Positions 1 through 13,804 of a DNA stretch of 64,000 bases are shown in pieces. A program made the position numbers and the translations under genes. Location of the stretch: the NCBI RefSeq assembly GCF_044704955.1, contig NC_091987.1:80538001-80602000 (forward strand), read 5' to 3'. The notes beneath the pieces were generated by a model, which had not been told where the DNA came from, ran no database searches, and was given only the letters and a program-made list of their open reading frames with translations. Source of the DNA: Pristiophorus japonicus. Lineage: Eukaryota. Each line of letters begins with the position of its first letter. Position 1 is the first letter of the stretch.

Positions 1-702
1 TTTGAACAGCAGCAGATAATGTGTGATGCACTGATGGGCCTTCCAATCCCACTCACGACAATTGCCCGGAGAATGGAGGAATCCACCTCGAGCATGATGT
101 CACCATGGACCATCAAACGTTCCAAACAAATGATTCTATGCACGCTTTGACCATGATTGTGTAGACTGGATGCCAACATGATTGCCACCTTAAATAGGAG
201 GACTAATACCTTGGCCTTACTGATCTGCTCCAAAATGCTCTCCAGCACAATGGTAGCAGTGAAATGGGACTGGGCATGAGAGGGATGATGGTGAAATGGA
301 AGTGTGGACTCTACTCAAAGCGCTTCCACTTCTCACACGTTGCCTCTCTTTCCCCCCACTCCCCCCAGTCAGTAGCCCACATGCTGCCTCGTCTCTCAAT
401 GGCAGAGTCTGCCCCTGCACAGGTGGGGGTGGAGCAGTCTTTGGCGGGGCCCTCGGACTCCAAAACCCAGAGAATGTTGGTCAAGAGCATCTCAGCAGGG
501 ATCTGAGCAGCCTGCCTCTATCTCTGCTGCAGCCACGGGTTGCACCATGTAGGAAAAGTAAGAGTAAGGCTTTGTAGTTGCACTGGGTGTATGAGAAAAT
601 GTTCAGTTTTTGTATTTTAGATCATATAAATATTCTTTTGCACCACTTTTCAGTCTTGTCCATTCTTGGGTGCTGGGTAGCAAGTTGCTTTTTAACTTGT
701 TT

Positions 703-2088
703 AGAACATAACAAGAAATAGAAGCAGGAATAGGCCATCTGGTCCATTTGAGCCTGCTCCACCATTCAAATAAGATCATGGCTGATCTGATCTTGGCCTC
801 CACTCCACTTCCTGTCCCTCTCCCCATAACTTTTGACTCCCTTATTTTTCAAAAATCTGTCTATCTCCATCTTAAATATATTCAATGACCCAGTCTCCAC
901 AGCTCTCTGGGGTAGAGAACTCCAAAAATTCTCAATCTTCTGAGAGAAGAAATTCTTCCTCCTTTCCATTTTAAATAGGCGACCCCCCCACGAGAGGGAA
1001 CATCAACTCTGCATCTACCCTGTCAAGCCCCCTCAGAATCTTATATGTTTCAATAAGATCACCTCTCATTCTTCTAAACTCCAATGAGTATAGGCCTAAC
1101 CTGCTCGACCTTGCTTCATATAACAACCCCTTCATCTCAGGAATCAACTTCCTGAACTTTCTCTGAACTGCCTCCAATGCAAGTATATCCCTCCTTAAAT
1201 AAGGAGATAAATCCAGTACCCAGTATTCCAGATGTGGTCTTACCAATGCCCAGCACAGTTGTAGCACGCCTACCTTATTTTATACTCCCCTTGGCAATAA
1301 AGGCCAACATTCCATTTGCTTTCCTAATTACTTGCTGTACCAACATGTTAACATTTCAAGTTTCATGTACAAGGATCCCCAGATCCCTCTGCACTGCAGC
1401 ATTTTGTAATCTCTCCCCATTTAAATAATAATTTGCTGCTTTATTTTTCCTACCAAAGTGGATAACCTCACATTTTTCCACAATATACTCCATCTGCCAA
1501 ATTTTTTCCCACTCACTTAGCCTACCTATAGGCTTTGCAGATTCTTTGCATCCTCCTCACAACTTGCTTTCCCACCTATCTTTGTATCATCAGCAAATTT
1601 GGCTGCATTACACTCTGTCCCTTCATCCAAGTCATTAACATAGATTGTAAATAGTTGAGGCCCCAGCACTGATCCCTGTGGCACCCCACTAGTTACAGTT
1701 CGCCTACCTGATAATGACCCATTTATCTCGACTCTGTTTACTGTTAGTTAGCTAATCCTCAAGTCGTGCTAATATATTGCCCTCAACCCCGTGAGCTCTT
1801 ATATTGTGCAGCAACCTTTTATGTGGCACCTTATCGAATGCCTTCTCGAAATCCAAATACACATCATCTACTTTTTTCCCCTTTGTCCACCTACTCATTA
1901 CATCCTCAAAGAACTCCAGCAAATTTGTCAAACATGATTTCCCTTTCATAAAACCATGCTGACTCTGCTTGACTGCATTATGATTTCCTTAATAATGGAC
2001 TCCAACATTTTCCTAATGACAGATGTTAGGCCAACTGGTCTATAGTTTCCTGCTTTCTGTCTCCCTCCTTTCTTAGATAGGGCTGTTG
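703..2088 (-). mobile_element. CR1 LINE, 5'-truncated, degenerate (RT C-terminal part and 3' UTR)
   Basis: ORF fragments KGKSCLTNLLEFFE, YLDFEKAFDKVPH, LVRPHLEY and NFFSQ, plus a CR1-type 3' UTR. Confidence 0.9.
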
Positions 2089-2129
2089 TATGTGCTTGCA
2101 ACATGGATTCACTGATGCAACCTAAGTGA

Positions 2130-4445
2130 GCCTTACATTAATAAGGCCATCCTGGGCAACAATGTAAGCAGCTGGTGGTGCATTGCCCTCATCACCCTGC
2201 TCCTCAGTCTCCTTCCCCTCTGAATTGTCAAAGGAGGATCTTGACCTCTTTGTCTTGTTCCTCCTACACTTCCTAACCTCATTGCTGTGTAATGTTGTGC
2301 AAAGTGCAGCAAAACATGACTATTCTGGAGTCCCTTGCTAGTGTGTACCGAAGGGCAGCTCCAGATCTGTCTAGGCATTAAACGCATCTTCGGCATGCTG
2401 ATGGCTTGTCCAATCATACATCTGGTGATCATATGACATTCATTGTAGCGCTGTTGCGCTTCATTGGTCGAGTTTCACAAGGTGTTATCAGCCAAGTTTG
2501 AATTGGGTATCACTTGTCTCCTAGCAGCTACCCCTTAAGTGTGCTTCCAGGTCCGAAAACATCAGGGAGCTTGGCCTGCTGCAGGACAAAAGCATCATGG
2601 CAGCTCCCTTGGAACCTTGCACACACCTGCAGTAATATCTTTCTGTAGTTGCACACCACAGCTGCATTTTGATGGAGTGGAAGCCCTTGCAGTTGACGAA
2701 TACTCCTGGGTGATCTCAGGGTGGCCTGATTGCCACGTGTGTGCAGTTGATCAGACCCTGTACCTATGGGAAGCCAGCCAGAGCTGCAAACCGAGCACCT
2801 GATCATTCTCACTGGTGTCAGTGAAGGTGAAGTTGACATAATTGCCGGCCCTGGCAAACAAGCTATCTTATGCTGTCACCTGTCTTATGCATTTGTGGGT
2901 CCCTCAACTGGAAGATTCTAAAAATGTCTCAAGCAGAGCCCTGGAAGGATCCAAGGCAAAAATGTTGGGAGGTGGTGACTTTGACAGCCACAGGTGAAGC
3001 GTGGCCACCAGGCATAGCAGGTAGGTCTTCTAGGAGCCTGCAGATGTCAGCCACCACCTGAGACACTGCTATTCAGACATGTCAAGGAAACTGAGCCTCT
3101 GCCTGTAGACCCTGTTTCATGGGTAGTGCATCCCTCTGCTGTTGCCCTCCTGTACAGATACAGTTTTATGTCTGCCCTTGTTGACAGTAGGCTCCCAAGG
3201 TATGGAAAATGGTTCACGTTGTCCAAGGCCTCGTCGTCGATTTTGATAATTGGGGAGCAGTGCTGTGCGGCGGGGGCAGGTTGGTAGAGGACCTTTGTCT
3301 TATGGATGTTTAGTGTAAGGTCCATGCTCTCGTATGCTTCGGCGAAGGTGTTGACGATGGCTTGGAGTTTAGCTTCCGAGTGTGCGCAGACACAGGCGTC
3401 ATTTGCGTACTGTAATTCAATGACCGAGGATGGGACGTCATTGGATCTGGTCTGGAGGCGATGGAGGTTGAACAGTTTCCCGTTTGTTCTGTAGGTTAGC
3501 TCCACTCCAGAGGAAAGCTAACTGAAGGTGTGATGGAGCATTGCAGCAAGGAAGATCAAAAAGAGCGTTGGTGCAATGACACCCTTGCTTGACCTCGGTC
3601 CGAACGTGAATTGGGTCTGTGTCAATGACTAAGTCCAACACCGCCTTCAGGGTACCAGTGCAGCCTTCGGTCACCTGAGGAAGAGTGTGTTGAAGACCAG
3701 GACCTCAAACCTGGCACCAATCTCATGGTCTACAGAGCACTAGTGATACCCGCCCTCCTATATGCCTCAGAGCCATGGACTATGTACAGCAGGCACCTCA
3801 AAGCACTGGAGAAGTACCACCAATGCTGCCTCCGCAAGATCCTGCAAATCCATTGGCAATATAGGCGCACCAATATCAGCGTTCTCGTTGAGGCCACCAT
3901 CCTCAGCATCGAAGCACTGACCACATTCGATCAACTCCGTTGGGCGGGCCACATTGTCCACATGCCAATACGAGACTCCCAAAACAAGCACTCTACTCGG
4001 AGCTCCAACATGGCAAGCGAGCTCCAGGTGGGTAGAGGAAACGCTTCAAGGACACCCTCAAAGCCTCCTTGAAAAAGTGCAACATCCCCACCGACACCTG
4101 GGAATCCCTGGCCCAAGACCGCACAAAGTGGAGGAAAAGCATCCGGGAAGGCACCGAACACCTAGAGTCTATGCCAAGAACAAGCTGAAGCCAAGCACAA
4201 ACAGCGGAAGGAGTGCACGGTAACCCAAGCACCCCACCCCTTCAACCGCCGTCTGCCCCACCTGTGACAGAGACTGTAGATCCCGCACAGGACTCATCAG
4301 CCACATGAGAACTAATTTTTAGTGTGGTAGCAAGTCATCCTGAACTCCGAGTGACTGCCTAAGAAGAACAGTTCTCTGACCAGCAGGTTGCTGGTGCTGC
4401 TGCTAGCCATGTTGCTCCTCATCCGAGTCCTTATCTAAGGCAGTC
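2130..4445 (-). pseudogene. PIF/Harbinger (HARBI1-like DDE) transposase remnant, interrupted by an RTE insertion at 3168-4367
   Basis: Minus-strand fragments RVYRQRLSFLDMSE, INCTHVAIR, VFVNCKGFHSI, QVCARFQGSCHDAFVL, LLGDK and ITRCMIGQAI, with stops and frameshifts. An acidic/Q-rich N-terminus continues beyond 4376. Confidence 0.85.
3168..4367 (+). mobile_element. RTE-clade LINE with inverted 5' segment (3168-3621 minus, 3622-4367 plus)
   Basis: The minus part ends PYLGSLLSTRADI and the plus part resumes IND*VQHRLQ, contiguous as in the RTE copy near 14341. (AAG)n tail. Near-TSD ACAGTTTT (3160-3167) / ACAGTTCT (4368-4375). Confidence 0.85.
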
Positions 4446-4477
4446 AATGTGCTACACATCCTGACGTGATAAAGAAA

Positions 4478-4873
4478 GTCTCGCAAAGCAAGCGCTCTAC
4501 TCGGAACTCCTTCATGGTAAATGAGCCAAGCGTGGGCAGAGGAAACGTTACAAGGACAACCTCAAAGCCTCCCTGATAAAGTGCGGCATCCCCACCGACA
4601 CCTGGGAGTCCCTGGCCAAAGAGCACCTAAGTGGAGGAAGTGCATCCGGGAAGGCGCTGAGCGCCTTGAGTCTCATTGCCGAGTGCATGCAGAAAACAAG
4701 TGCAGGTAGCGGAAGGAATGCACGGCAAACCTGTCCCACCCTCCCTCACCCTCAACGACTGTTTGTCCCACCTGTGGCAGGGACTGTGGCTCTCGTATTG
4801 GACTGTTCACCCACCTAAGGACTCTAAGAGTGGAAGCAAGTCTTCCTCAATTCCGAGGGACTGCCTATGATGA
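4478..4873 (+). mobile_element. RTE LINE 3' fragment
   Basis: GGQRKRYKDNLKASL-type C-terminus, CPTCGRDC zinc-like motif and GGACTGCCTATGATGA end, shared with the other RTE copies. Confidence 0.85.
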
Positions 4874-5126
4874 ATTTTTGAAGTGTAGTCACTGTTATAA
4901 TGTTAATTAGCAGGGGGAGTCTCTGAGGTGGTCGACCAGCTTATTCTTGATGGCGATGTTCTTTTCCTGGTTTGCCTTTCCAGAAGAAGGTGTAACCTCC
5001 ACCTTGTTTTTTGAGCTGTCCTTCCCTTGCCCGCCGGGTCTCGCTTAGGGCGGTGATGTCGCCATCGAAGCACCTAAGTTCCCGGGCAATGATGGCGATG
5101 TGGCATTCCGGTCTGTCATATGAGGG

Positions 5127-6633
5127 TGTAGGGGGTGGTCTCGGGGGTCAGGTTCACTTCTGACCTTCTGAGCGGTTCGAATCGCTCCCACTCCCTGGGT
5201 TCTAGACTTTGGATTTATTTGGCGATGTGAGAAAGTGCAAGATACAACTGGTTTTGGTGCAAAGAACTTTGATTTTATTAAGGACAAGAAAGTACAATGT
5301 CGCAGCTTGTAATCACTCGAATAAAGAACACTTCATCACACATTCAAAGGGGTTACAGAAAATATTACACCACCCACCTCCCAATGCCTAGCTCTGACTA
5401 GGTTAAACTCCAGGGCAGACAGGGATTATGCTCGCCAATCCTTTATGGTCAGCTGTCGGTGGTTCACGATTTCGGGGTTCGCTGGACACTGTAGGTTCTG
5501 CTTGCCGTACCCCGAACGTCGTGGAAGACTTCTTATTGCGTAGTCTTTAGTTGGGTGGCGTCCGCTGATGCGGTAGGGTGCGTATTGGACTTATGGGGTG
5601 AGTACCCACTTCCTTCCGTCAGCAATAGGTTTCAAAAGTCTCTTTAGATAATGTTTCACCTGTTGATAGCTAGGACTACATTGTAGAGTGGAAACTTTCA
5701 AAACTTCGGTTTCTTCTTGAGGAGTCTTGTTTTTGGAATTGGTCGATCGCAGTGTTTTCGATGTTACCACATTGGCTGTGGTCGGTTGTTACCACATTGG
5801 CTGTGGTCGGTTGCTGCCGCAATGGCAATGTCCGAAGTTACTGGGGACTGCTTTCTCTGCCATGGTGATGTTCTTCCTTCTTTATCAATAGCAGGGCAGT
5901 GTGGCCCAGGAGTGTCGTCGAGGCTAGAGAGACTTGTTAAAACTGCTGTGGTGGTGTCTCTCCTTTCTCCCTTCTTGATGCTCTATGATACTATGCATAT
6001 TCCTCGTTGAAACAGGACCCCAGTTATACTTTGGGAGCCGTTCTAATCTTCGCCCCAAATCAGTCCCGATTCTTTGTTTAATTTTTGGCAGGCTTGATAT
6101 CTCCTCGTCATATTTTGGCGGGCCCATTAATGGTAACCTGTCTCAGATGTGTCGATCTTTTGAATTTGTTTCTTGATCGAGAAAAATTAGCTTTGGTATT
6201 TGCAATGTCAGCCTAGGCCTGGGTTTTCCATGTGTGCTGGATGGACCATTATCATTATGTATGCGCTGGTGGGTTTCCTGCTCAGAGTGATGGCTGGTTA
6301 TCTCTGGGTTGATTGTTGCTATGTTAATGTCTCCCGGGGAGAAGGGTTTTCGAGTTTACACAATTTCCCCAGACAATTTGTTTAGCTTCAATAGCCCAGA
6401 CAGCTCCAATACTCAAAACTGGTTTCTTTGAAGGATAGTTATCCTTTAGTACTCAGCCCTTTCCACACGGACCCAATCTGCCTTGTAAAAATACCAAATT
6501 GGATTAAAACTTGTAGTTTCTTCCATGTGCACTTCAGGATCCCAAATTTTCTGGTTGATAGTTCCAAATTAAATTTATTTTCCAATGAATCCAAACACTG
6601 GGGGGGATTGCCCATGAATTTTGCAATCCTACA
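5127..6633 (-). mobile_element. Large solo LTR (1507 bp) of an unidentified LTR retroelement/ERV
   Basis: Termini TGTAGG...CCTACA. 4-bp TSD AGGG (5123-5126, 6634-6637) interrupting the RTE endonuclease frame. Minus-strand AATAAA near 5275-5280. No pol motifs. Confidence 0.72.
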
Positions 6634-6648
6634 AGGGTCCTGATGTTC

Positions 6649-9358
6649 AGAAAGGATAGACAGAAAGGAAAAGGAGGTGGGGTAGCGTTGATGGTTAAAG
6701 AGGAAATTAACGCAATAGTAAGGAAGGACATTAGCTTGGATGATGTGGAATCGGTATGGGTGGAGCTACGGAATACCAAAGGGCAGAAAACGCTAGTGGG
6801 AGTTGTGTACAGACCATCAAACAGTAGTAGTGAGGTTGGGGACAGCATCAAACAAGAAATTGGGGTGCGTGCAATAAAGGTACAGCAGTTATCATGGGCG
6901 ACTTTAATCTACATATAGATTGGGCTAACCAAACTGGTAGCAATGCGGTGGAGGAGGATTTCCTGGAGTGTATTAAGGATGGTTTTCTAGACTAATATGT
7001 TGAAGAACCAACTAGGGAGCTGGCCATCCTAGACTGGGTGATGTGGAATGAGAAAGGACTAATTAGCAATCTTGTGCGAGGTCCCTTGGGGAAAGAGTGA
7101 CCATAATATGGTAGAATTCTTTATGAAGATGGAGAGTGACACAGTTAATTCAGAGACTAGGGTCCTGAACTTAAGGAAAGGTAACTTCGATGGTATGAGA
7201 CGTGAATTGGCTAGAATAGACTGGTGAATGATACTTAAAGGGTTGGCAGTGGATAGGCAATGGCAAACAATTAAAGATCACATGGATGAACTTCAACAAC
7301 TATACATCCCTGTCTGGAGTAAAAATAAAATGTGGAAGATGGCTCAACCGTGGCTAACAAGGGAAATTAAGGATAGTGTTAGATCCAAGGAAGAGGCATA
7401 TAAATTGGCCAGAAAAAGCAGCAAATCTGAGGACTGGGAGAAATTTAGAATTCAGCAGAAGAGGACAAAGGGTTTAATTAGGAGTGGGAAAATAGAGTAT
7501 GAGGGGAAGCTTGCTGGGAACATAAAAACTGACTGCAAAAGCTTCTATAGATATGTAAAGAGAAAAAGATTAGTGAGGACAAACGTAGGTCCCTTTCAGT
7601 CAGATTCAGGTGAATTTATAATGGGGAACAAAGAAATGTCTTCATGAAGGAAGACACAAATAACCTTCTGGAAATTCTAGGGGACGGAGGGTCTAGTGAG
7701 AAGGAGGAACTGAAGGAAATCCTTATTAGGCGTAAAATTGTGTTAGGGAAATTGATGGGATTGAAGGCCGATAAATCCCCGGGGGCTGATGGTCTGCATC
7801 CCAGAGTACTTAAGGAAGTGGCCCTAGAAATAGTGGATGCATTGGTGATCATTTTCCAACAGTCTATCGACTCTGGATCAGTTCCTATGGACTGGAGGGT
7901 TTGCTAATGTAACACCACTTTTTAAAAAACGGAGGGCGAGAGAAAACGGGTAATTATAGACTGGTTAGCCTGACATCAGTAGTGGGGAAAATGTTGGAAT
8001 CAATTACTAAAGATGAAATAGCAGCGCATTTGGAAAGCAGTGACAGGATCGGTCCAAGTCAGCATGGATTTTTGAAAGGGAAATCATGCTTGACAAATCT
8101 TCTAGAATTTTTTGAGGATGTAACTAGTAGAGTGGACAAGGGAGAGCCAGTGGATGTGGTGTATTTGGACTTTCAAAAGGCTTTTGACAAGGTCCCACAC
8201 AAGAAATTGGTGTGCAAAATCAAAGCACATGGTATTGGGGGTAATGTACTCACGTGGATAGAGAACTGGTTGGCAGACAGGAAGCAGAAAGTCGGAATAA
8301 ACGGGTCCTATTCAGAATGGCAGGCCGTGACTAGTGGGGTGCCGCAGGGCTCAGTGCTGGGACCCCAGCTATTTACAATATACATCAATGATTTAGATGA
8401 AGGAATTGAGTGTAATATCTCCAAGTTTGCAGATGACATTAAGCTGGGTGGCGGTGTGAGCTGTGAGGAGGACGCTAAGAGGCTACAGGGTGACTTGGAC
8501 AGGTTAGGTGAGTGGGCAAATGCATGGCAGATGCAGTATAATGTGGATAAATGTGAGGTTATCCAATTTGGTGGCAAAAACACAAAGGCAGAATATTATC
8601 TGAATGGCGGCAGATTAGGAAAAGGGGAGGTGCAATGAGACCTGGGTGTCATGCTTCATCAGTCATTGAAAGTTGGCATGCAGGTGCAGCAGGCGGTGAA
8701 GAAGGCAAATGGTATGTTGGCCTTCATAGCTAGGGGATTTGAGTATAGCAGCAGGGAGGTCTTACTGCAGTTGTACAGGGCCTTGGTGAGGCCTCACCTG
8801 GAATATTGTGTTCAGTTTTGGTTTCCTAATCTAAGGAAGGACGTTCTTGCTATTGAGGGAGTGCAGCGAAGGTTCACCAGACTGATTCCCGGGGTGGCAG
8901 GACTGACATATGAGGAGAGACTGGATCGACTGGGCTTGTATTCACTGGAGTTTAGAAGGATGAGAGGGGATCTCATAGAAACATATAAAATTCTGACGGG
9001 ACTGGACAGGTTAGATGCTGGAAGAATGTTCCCGATGTTGGGAAGTCCAGTACCAGGGGACACAGTCTAAGGATAAGGGATAAGCCATTTAGGACTGAGA
9101 TGAGGAGAAACTGCTTCACTCAGAGAGTTGTTAACCTGTGGAATTCCCTACCGTAGAGAGTTGTTGATGCCAGTTCATTGGATATATTCAAGAGGGAGTT
9201 CGATATGACCCTTACGGCTAAAGGGATCAAGGGGTATGGAGAGAAAGCAGGAAAGGGGTACTGAGATGAATGATCAGCCATGATCTTATTGAATGGTGGT
9301 TCAGGCTCAAAGGGCCAAATGGCCGACTCCTGCACCTATTTTCTATATTTCTATGTTC
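6649..9358 (+). mobile_element. CR1 LINE, 5'-truncated ORF2 (EN+RT), frameshifted
   Basis: KGGGVAL, YRP, GPSQHGF, GVPQGSVLGP and KFADD motifs. (TTCTATRT)n tail. ATGTTC duplicated at 6643-6648 and 9353-9358. Confidence 0.95.
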
Positions 9359-11801
9359 CAGGTCCTGAACTTCATTTTGAAGGATGGAAGATGTCTGTGC
9401 GTGAGTTTTTTTAACGTGGGGTGGCCATTGCACACCGGCTACCACACGGGCTTGGCAGTGCAAGGTCTAGTGGCAAGGGGGTCCAAGACGACTGGAGACC
9501 AGGCATTGCTATGATATGAGCCTAGTTACCTACTGCAGGATGCGAGTCGTAAGTTTGGCACTGAGCAGCGTCCTTCGGTGAGGTGGTGAGAAAACCGAGG
9601 CGTGGCTGAGGGCAGGCATTGGGATGGTCAGAGGTCCACTTTGTGGAAGGAGGACAGGTCATAGTGGCCACAGTCATTGTGCACACCACGTGCTTGACAG
9701 AGACTCCACCATTGAGTCGGGCCAATGACCGGGGGGAGGCCAGAACGTCGCTGGAGGAAGGAAGGCCAAGACTTAGCCGGTAAGAGGAAGGCATGGCCCA
9801 AACCTGTAGTTGGAGCTGTTCAGATGCTCACCGCTGTTGCGATCGCTGGGAATCGGTTGGAGCAGCGAATCGGCCAGTGGGGAGCGAGACGAGAGAATCC
9901 AGTTCGAGGAACTTGGCAGCAGGGAGGTCGATCTGGAAGGTAAGTCATGATTGAGGGATGGGGAATGAGCAGTGGGCCCTTGCAGCACGGTTTTTAGAGG
10001 TGGGAAAATACTTTGGGGCTCTGTCGAAGTGCACCCACTGTTAGGGCCAGGGGGGCATAAACAGTTGCGGGGGGGGGGGGGGGGATGGAGACTGAAGGAG
10101 AGAGAGGTGAAGGATGGCAGCAGATGGACAGTTTAAAGTTTGTTCTGGGAGAGCTCCTGAGGGAGCTGCTATCCTATTTGCCATCTTGGATCCAGATTAG
10201 CGAACGTATCATGACTCTCCGACTCACCCTATCCCGGAACCAGTGCGCCACAGTTATCAGTGCGGGCGCCACAGTTATCAATGCGTACGCCCCAACACTC
10301 GACGCAACAGATGAGGGCAAAGAGGTATTCTACTCCAGCCTCAAACAATCCCTGTCCTGCGTCCCTATGGATGACAAACTGATTCTTGGCGACTTCAGCG
10401 CCAGAGTCAGTAAGGACACAGACCTCTGGGGAGGCGTGATCGGCAGAACGGGGGTAGGGAAAACCAAACTCCAGCGGTACCCTGCTCCTGACAAAATGCC
10501 TAGAACACAACCTTGTCATCATCAATACCTTGTTCCACCAGAGGGACAAATACAAGTCATCGTGGCAACACCCTCACTCGAAGCACTGGTACCTGCTCGA
10601 CTACGTCATCGTTCGAGCGAAGGGTCGCAAGGATGTGCGCATCACTGCCATGACAGGAGCCGATGACTGCTGGATGGACCACTGCCTAATCCGTTCCGTC
10701 ATCAACATTAATATAGCCCCAAACCGATGACGGCAACAGAAGCAATGCCGCTGAATAATCAATGCCAGGGCACTCAAAGACCCAGTTAACAGAGCCTTAT
10801 GCAGTCAGCGCCTCACTGCCAACCTGGTGACTCTTGATGACCCCGAGACGTAGAGTGCCTGTAGCATTTGGTCGGCCCTCCAGGCCACCATAACCAGTGC
10901 CTGCAAAGAGATGCTCATTCACTCAACTCGGAAACAGCAGGCTGGTTTGATGAGAATGACCAGGAGATCCAGGAGCTAATAAACTGTGAGCACAAGGCAT
11001 TTCTGAACCTAAAGCAACAACCCAATTCTGGAGCAGCAAAGCAGCTTCACAGACGGCTGAAGGCCGCGGTCCAACAAAAAACCCGTGACCTAAAGAATAG
11101 ATGGTGGATGGAGAAAGCACAGGAGATTCAGCCATGCCGTGCGAGGATTCTTCACCGGAGTCAAGTCCACCTATGGCCCAAGGCCCCAACCCATTGCTGG
11201 CTAAGAATGGGGAGACCTTCATCAAGGACACCGAAGCAGTCAGGGCTCGCTGGAAGGAGCACTTTGAAGATCTCCTTAACCGAGACTCTGCCTTTGACAC
11301 AAGTGTCCTCGACACCATCTTGCAGCATGCTACCCGCCACCATCTCAGCAAAACCACAGACCTGCATGAGGTAGAAAAGGCCATCCATCAGCTCAAGAAC
11401 AATAATGCATCGGGAGCGGATGGAATCCCCGCTGAGGCACTAAAGCATGGTGGAGAGGCACTATTGTTGCGAATGCGTGACCTCATCTCTCTCATCTGGA
11501 AGGAGGAGTGCATGCCTGGAGATCTCAGCGATGCCGTTATCATAATCATCTGTAAAAAGGGGGACAAGTCCAACTGTGGTAACTACAGAGGAATCTCCCT
11601 GCTGTTGGCCACTGGGAAAGTCATCACTAGAATTCTCCTCAACCATTTTCTGCTGTGGCTGAGGAGTTCCTCCCAGAATCACAGTGTGGATTCCGTCCAC
11701 TACGGGGTACAATGGACATGATCTTCACAGCGCGACAACTGCAAGAGAAATGCAGGGAACAGCACCAACCCTTGTACATGGCCACCTTTGATCTCTCAAA
11801 G

Positions 11802-13804
11802 TGTCATGTATGTATGCTTGGGGTTACTAGCCACCACATGGCGCCACTGTCGGAGGTCACGCGTGTGCAGCCCAGGTATAAAAAGCAAGCCATCATGTAA
11901 TGTAATCACTTTGGGCCTGAATAAAGCAGAGCCAGGTTCGTACCCATGTTAGTTTACAGTATTCAGTCTATCGAGTTATTACATACATAACATTTGGCGA
12001 CGAGGTAACTTACGAACCTTTGCATGCAAAAATGAGCACAATTGGAATTCTGGAGAGAACTGGGCAGATTTTGTAGCTCGCCTGGACCAGTACTTCGTGG
12101 CCAACAAAATGGAGGAACCCACTGACGCAGTTAGGCAGAGGGCGGTCTTCCTCACGGTTTGCGGTCTGAAAATCTATGGACTCAAAGAATCTTCTCTCCC
12201 CTGCAAGTCCAACGGACAAGGACTATGAGGAATTGTGCGCTCTGGTACGTGACCATCTCAAATCAGAAGAAGACATCATCATCTTACGATATCGATTCTA
12301 CTAGCACGTTCGTTCTGAGGGCCAAGATGTGCCGGAATTCATTGCCGACCTAAGACGTCTAGCTGGACCGTGTAAGTTCGAAAACACGTTGGGAGACATG
12401 CCGCAGAACTTCTTTGTAATCGGCATTAACCATGAGCTGATCCTGCGTAAGCTACTGGTGGCGGAGACGCTGGATTTGAGCAAGGCCATCACAATTGCCC
12501 AGGCATGCATGACGATGGACAAAAACTTAAAGCAGATAGCATCGGAAAATCGGAACTTGGCAAGTACTGTAAACAAGATTGTATCATGTTTGGCAAAGGT
12601 GCATATGGCAGGGCCTACTCGACTGCATATGTGAAACCTGTGGCTGCCCAAAGTTGCCAACAGGAATGAATCCAATTTCACCGTGTTGGCGTTGTGGGGT
12701 CAATCATCGGCCTCATCAGTGTCGGTTTAAACAGTAGATTTGTAAAGGCTGTTCGAGACTGGGGCATCTCCAGCGCATGTGTCCGCAACAGAACAAGCGT
12801 GCTGCGACACACCAAGTGGAGGATGATGACCAGTATAGCGCAGATCCGGGTATGCAATTCGAGATACCAGAGAAGGAAGTGTATGGACTGTATTCGTTCC
12901 TAACAAAGAGCCAACTGATAAGTTTCACATTAATCATTAACGGTGTGCCGGTACCGATGGAATTGGCCTGTCATGCATATTGCTTAGTTACAGGACAAGA
13001 TCCCACACGCTTACCGGGGTCCCCCTGCTGAACTATTGATGAAGAGAGGTCTCAAGACCAAGCTCTCTCTTGTCCACCCTGACTTGAACGATCATGTTGA
13101 ATACAGACGTTAAAGTCAGCAGTGATATCATGATCGTGCTGCTGTGTCACGGGACATTTCTGTTAACGATCCTGTACATGTACTAAATTATGGTCAAGGT
13201 CCCAAATGGATCGCCGGTACTGTTACGGCCAAGGAGGGTAACAAAGTGTTTATCATCAACCTCAAGAATGGGCAGACATGCAGGAAACATGTTGATCAGA
13301 TGTTGATAAAGCTGTGGCACATGGATGAATGGGAACAGTCTGAGGAAGACACAATCAGTGACCAACCAACCTACCCTCAGTCATCAGAGGACTCCGATGT
13401 CATAAATGAATCTGGACTTTCAATCCCTGATATGGTCATTGCCACTCCCATCAGATCGGCTACCCAGCCCCCAGTCATAACAGACTCAAAACACTTGCCC
13501 AAGGCTGGAGTTGAACTGAGACGATCAACTCAGGAGCGGAAAGCCCCGGAGCATCTCAATTTGTAAAAAGACTGTTACTAATATCTTAAAAGGGGATATT
13601 GTCATGTATGTATGCTCGGGGTTATTAGCCACCAGGTTGTGCGACTGTCGGAGGTCATTGGGCTGTACGCACGTGTGTGCAGCCCAGGTATAAAAGGCAA
13701 GCCATCATGTAATGTAATCACTTTGGGCCCGAATAAAGCAGAGCCAGGTTTGTACCTGTGTTAGTTTACAGTATTCAGTCTATTGCGTTATTACATACAT
13801 AACA
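11802..13804 (+). mobile_element. Gypsy (Mag-like) LTR retrotransposon, internally deleted; LTRs 11802-11992 and 13600-13804
   Basis: TGTCAT...ATAACA LTR pair and 5-bp TSD CAAAG (11797-11801, 13805-13809). PBS TGGCGACGAGG (11995-12005) matches the tRNA-Ser 3' end. Gag with two CCHC-like knuckles. Protease start is fused to the integrase C-terminus. Confidence 0.93.

Noticed and set aside
1-600. Short ORFs at the window start
   Set aside because: No recognisable domain or splice-supported exon; probably a decayed repeat.
5165-5195. GGTTCGAATC T-arm-like hairpin as a tRNA gene
   Set aside because: No acceptor stem, D-arm or anticodon arm can be built. It lies inside the solo LTR.
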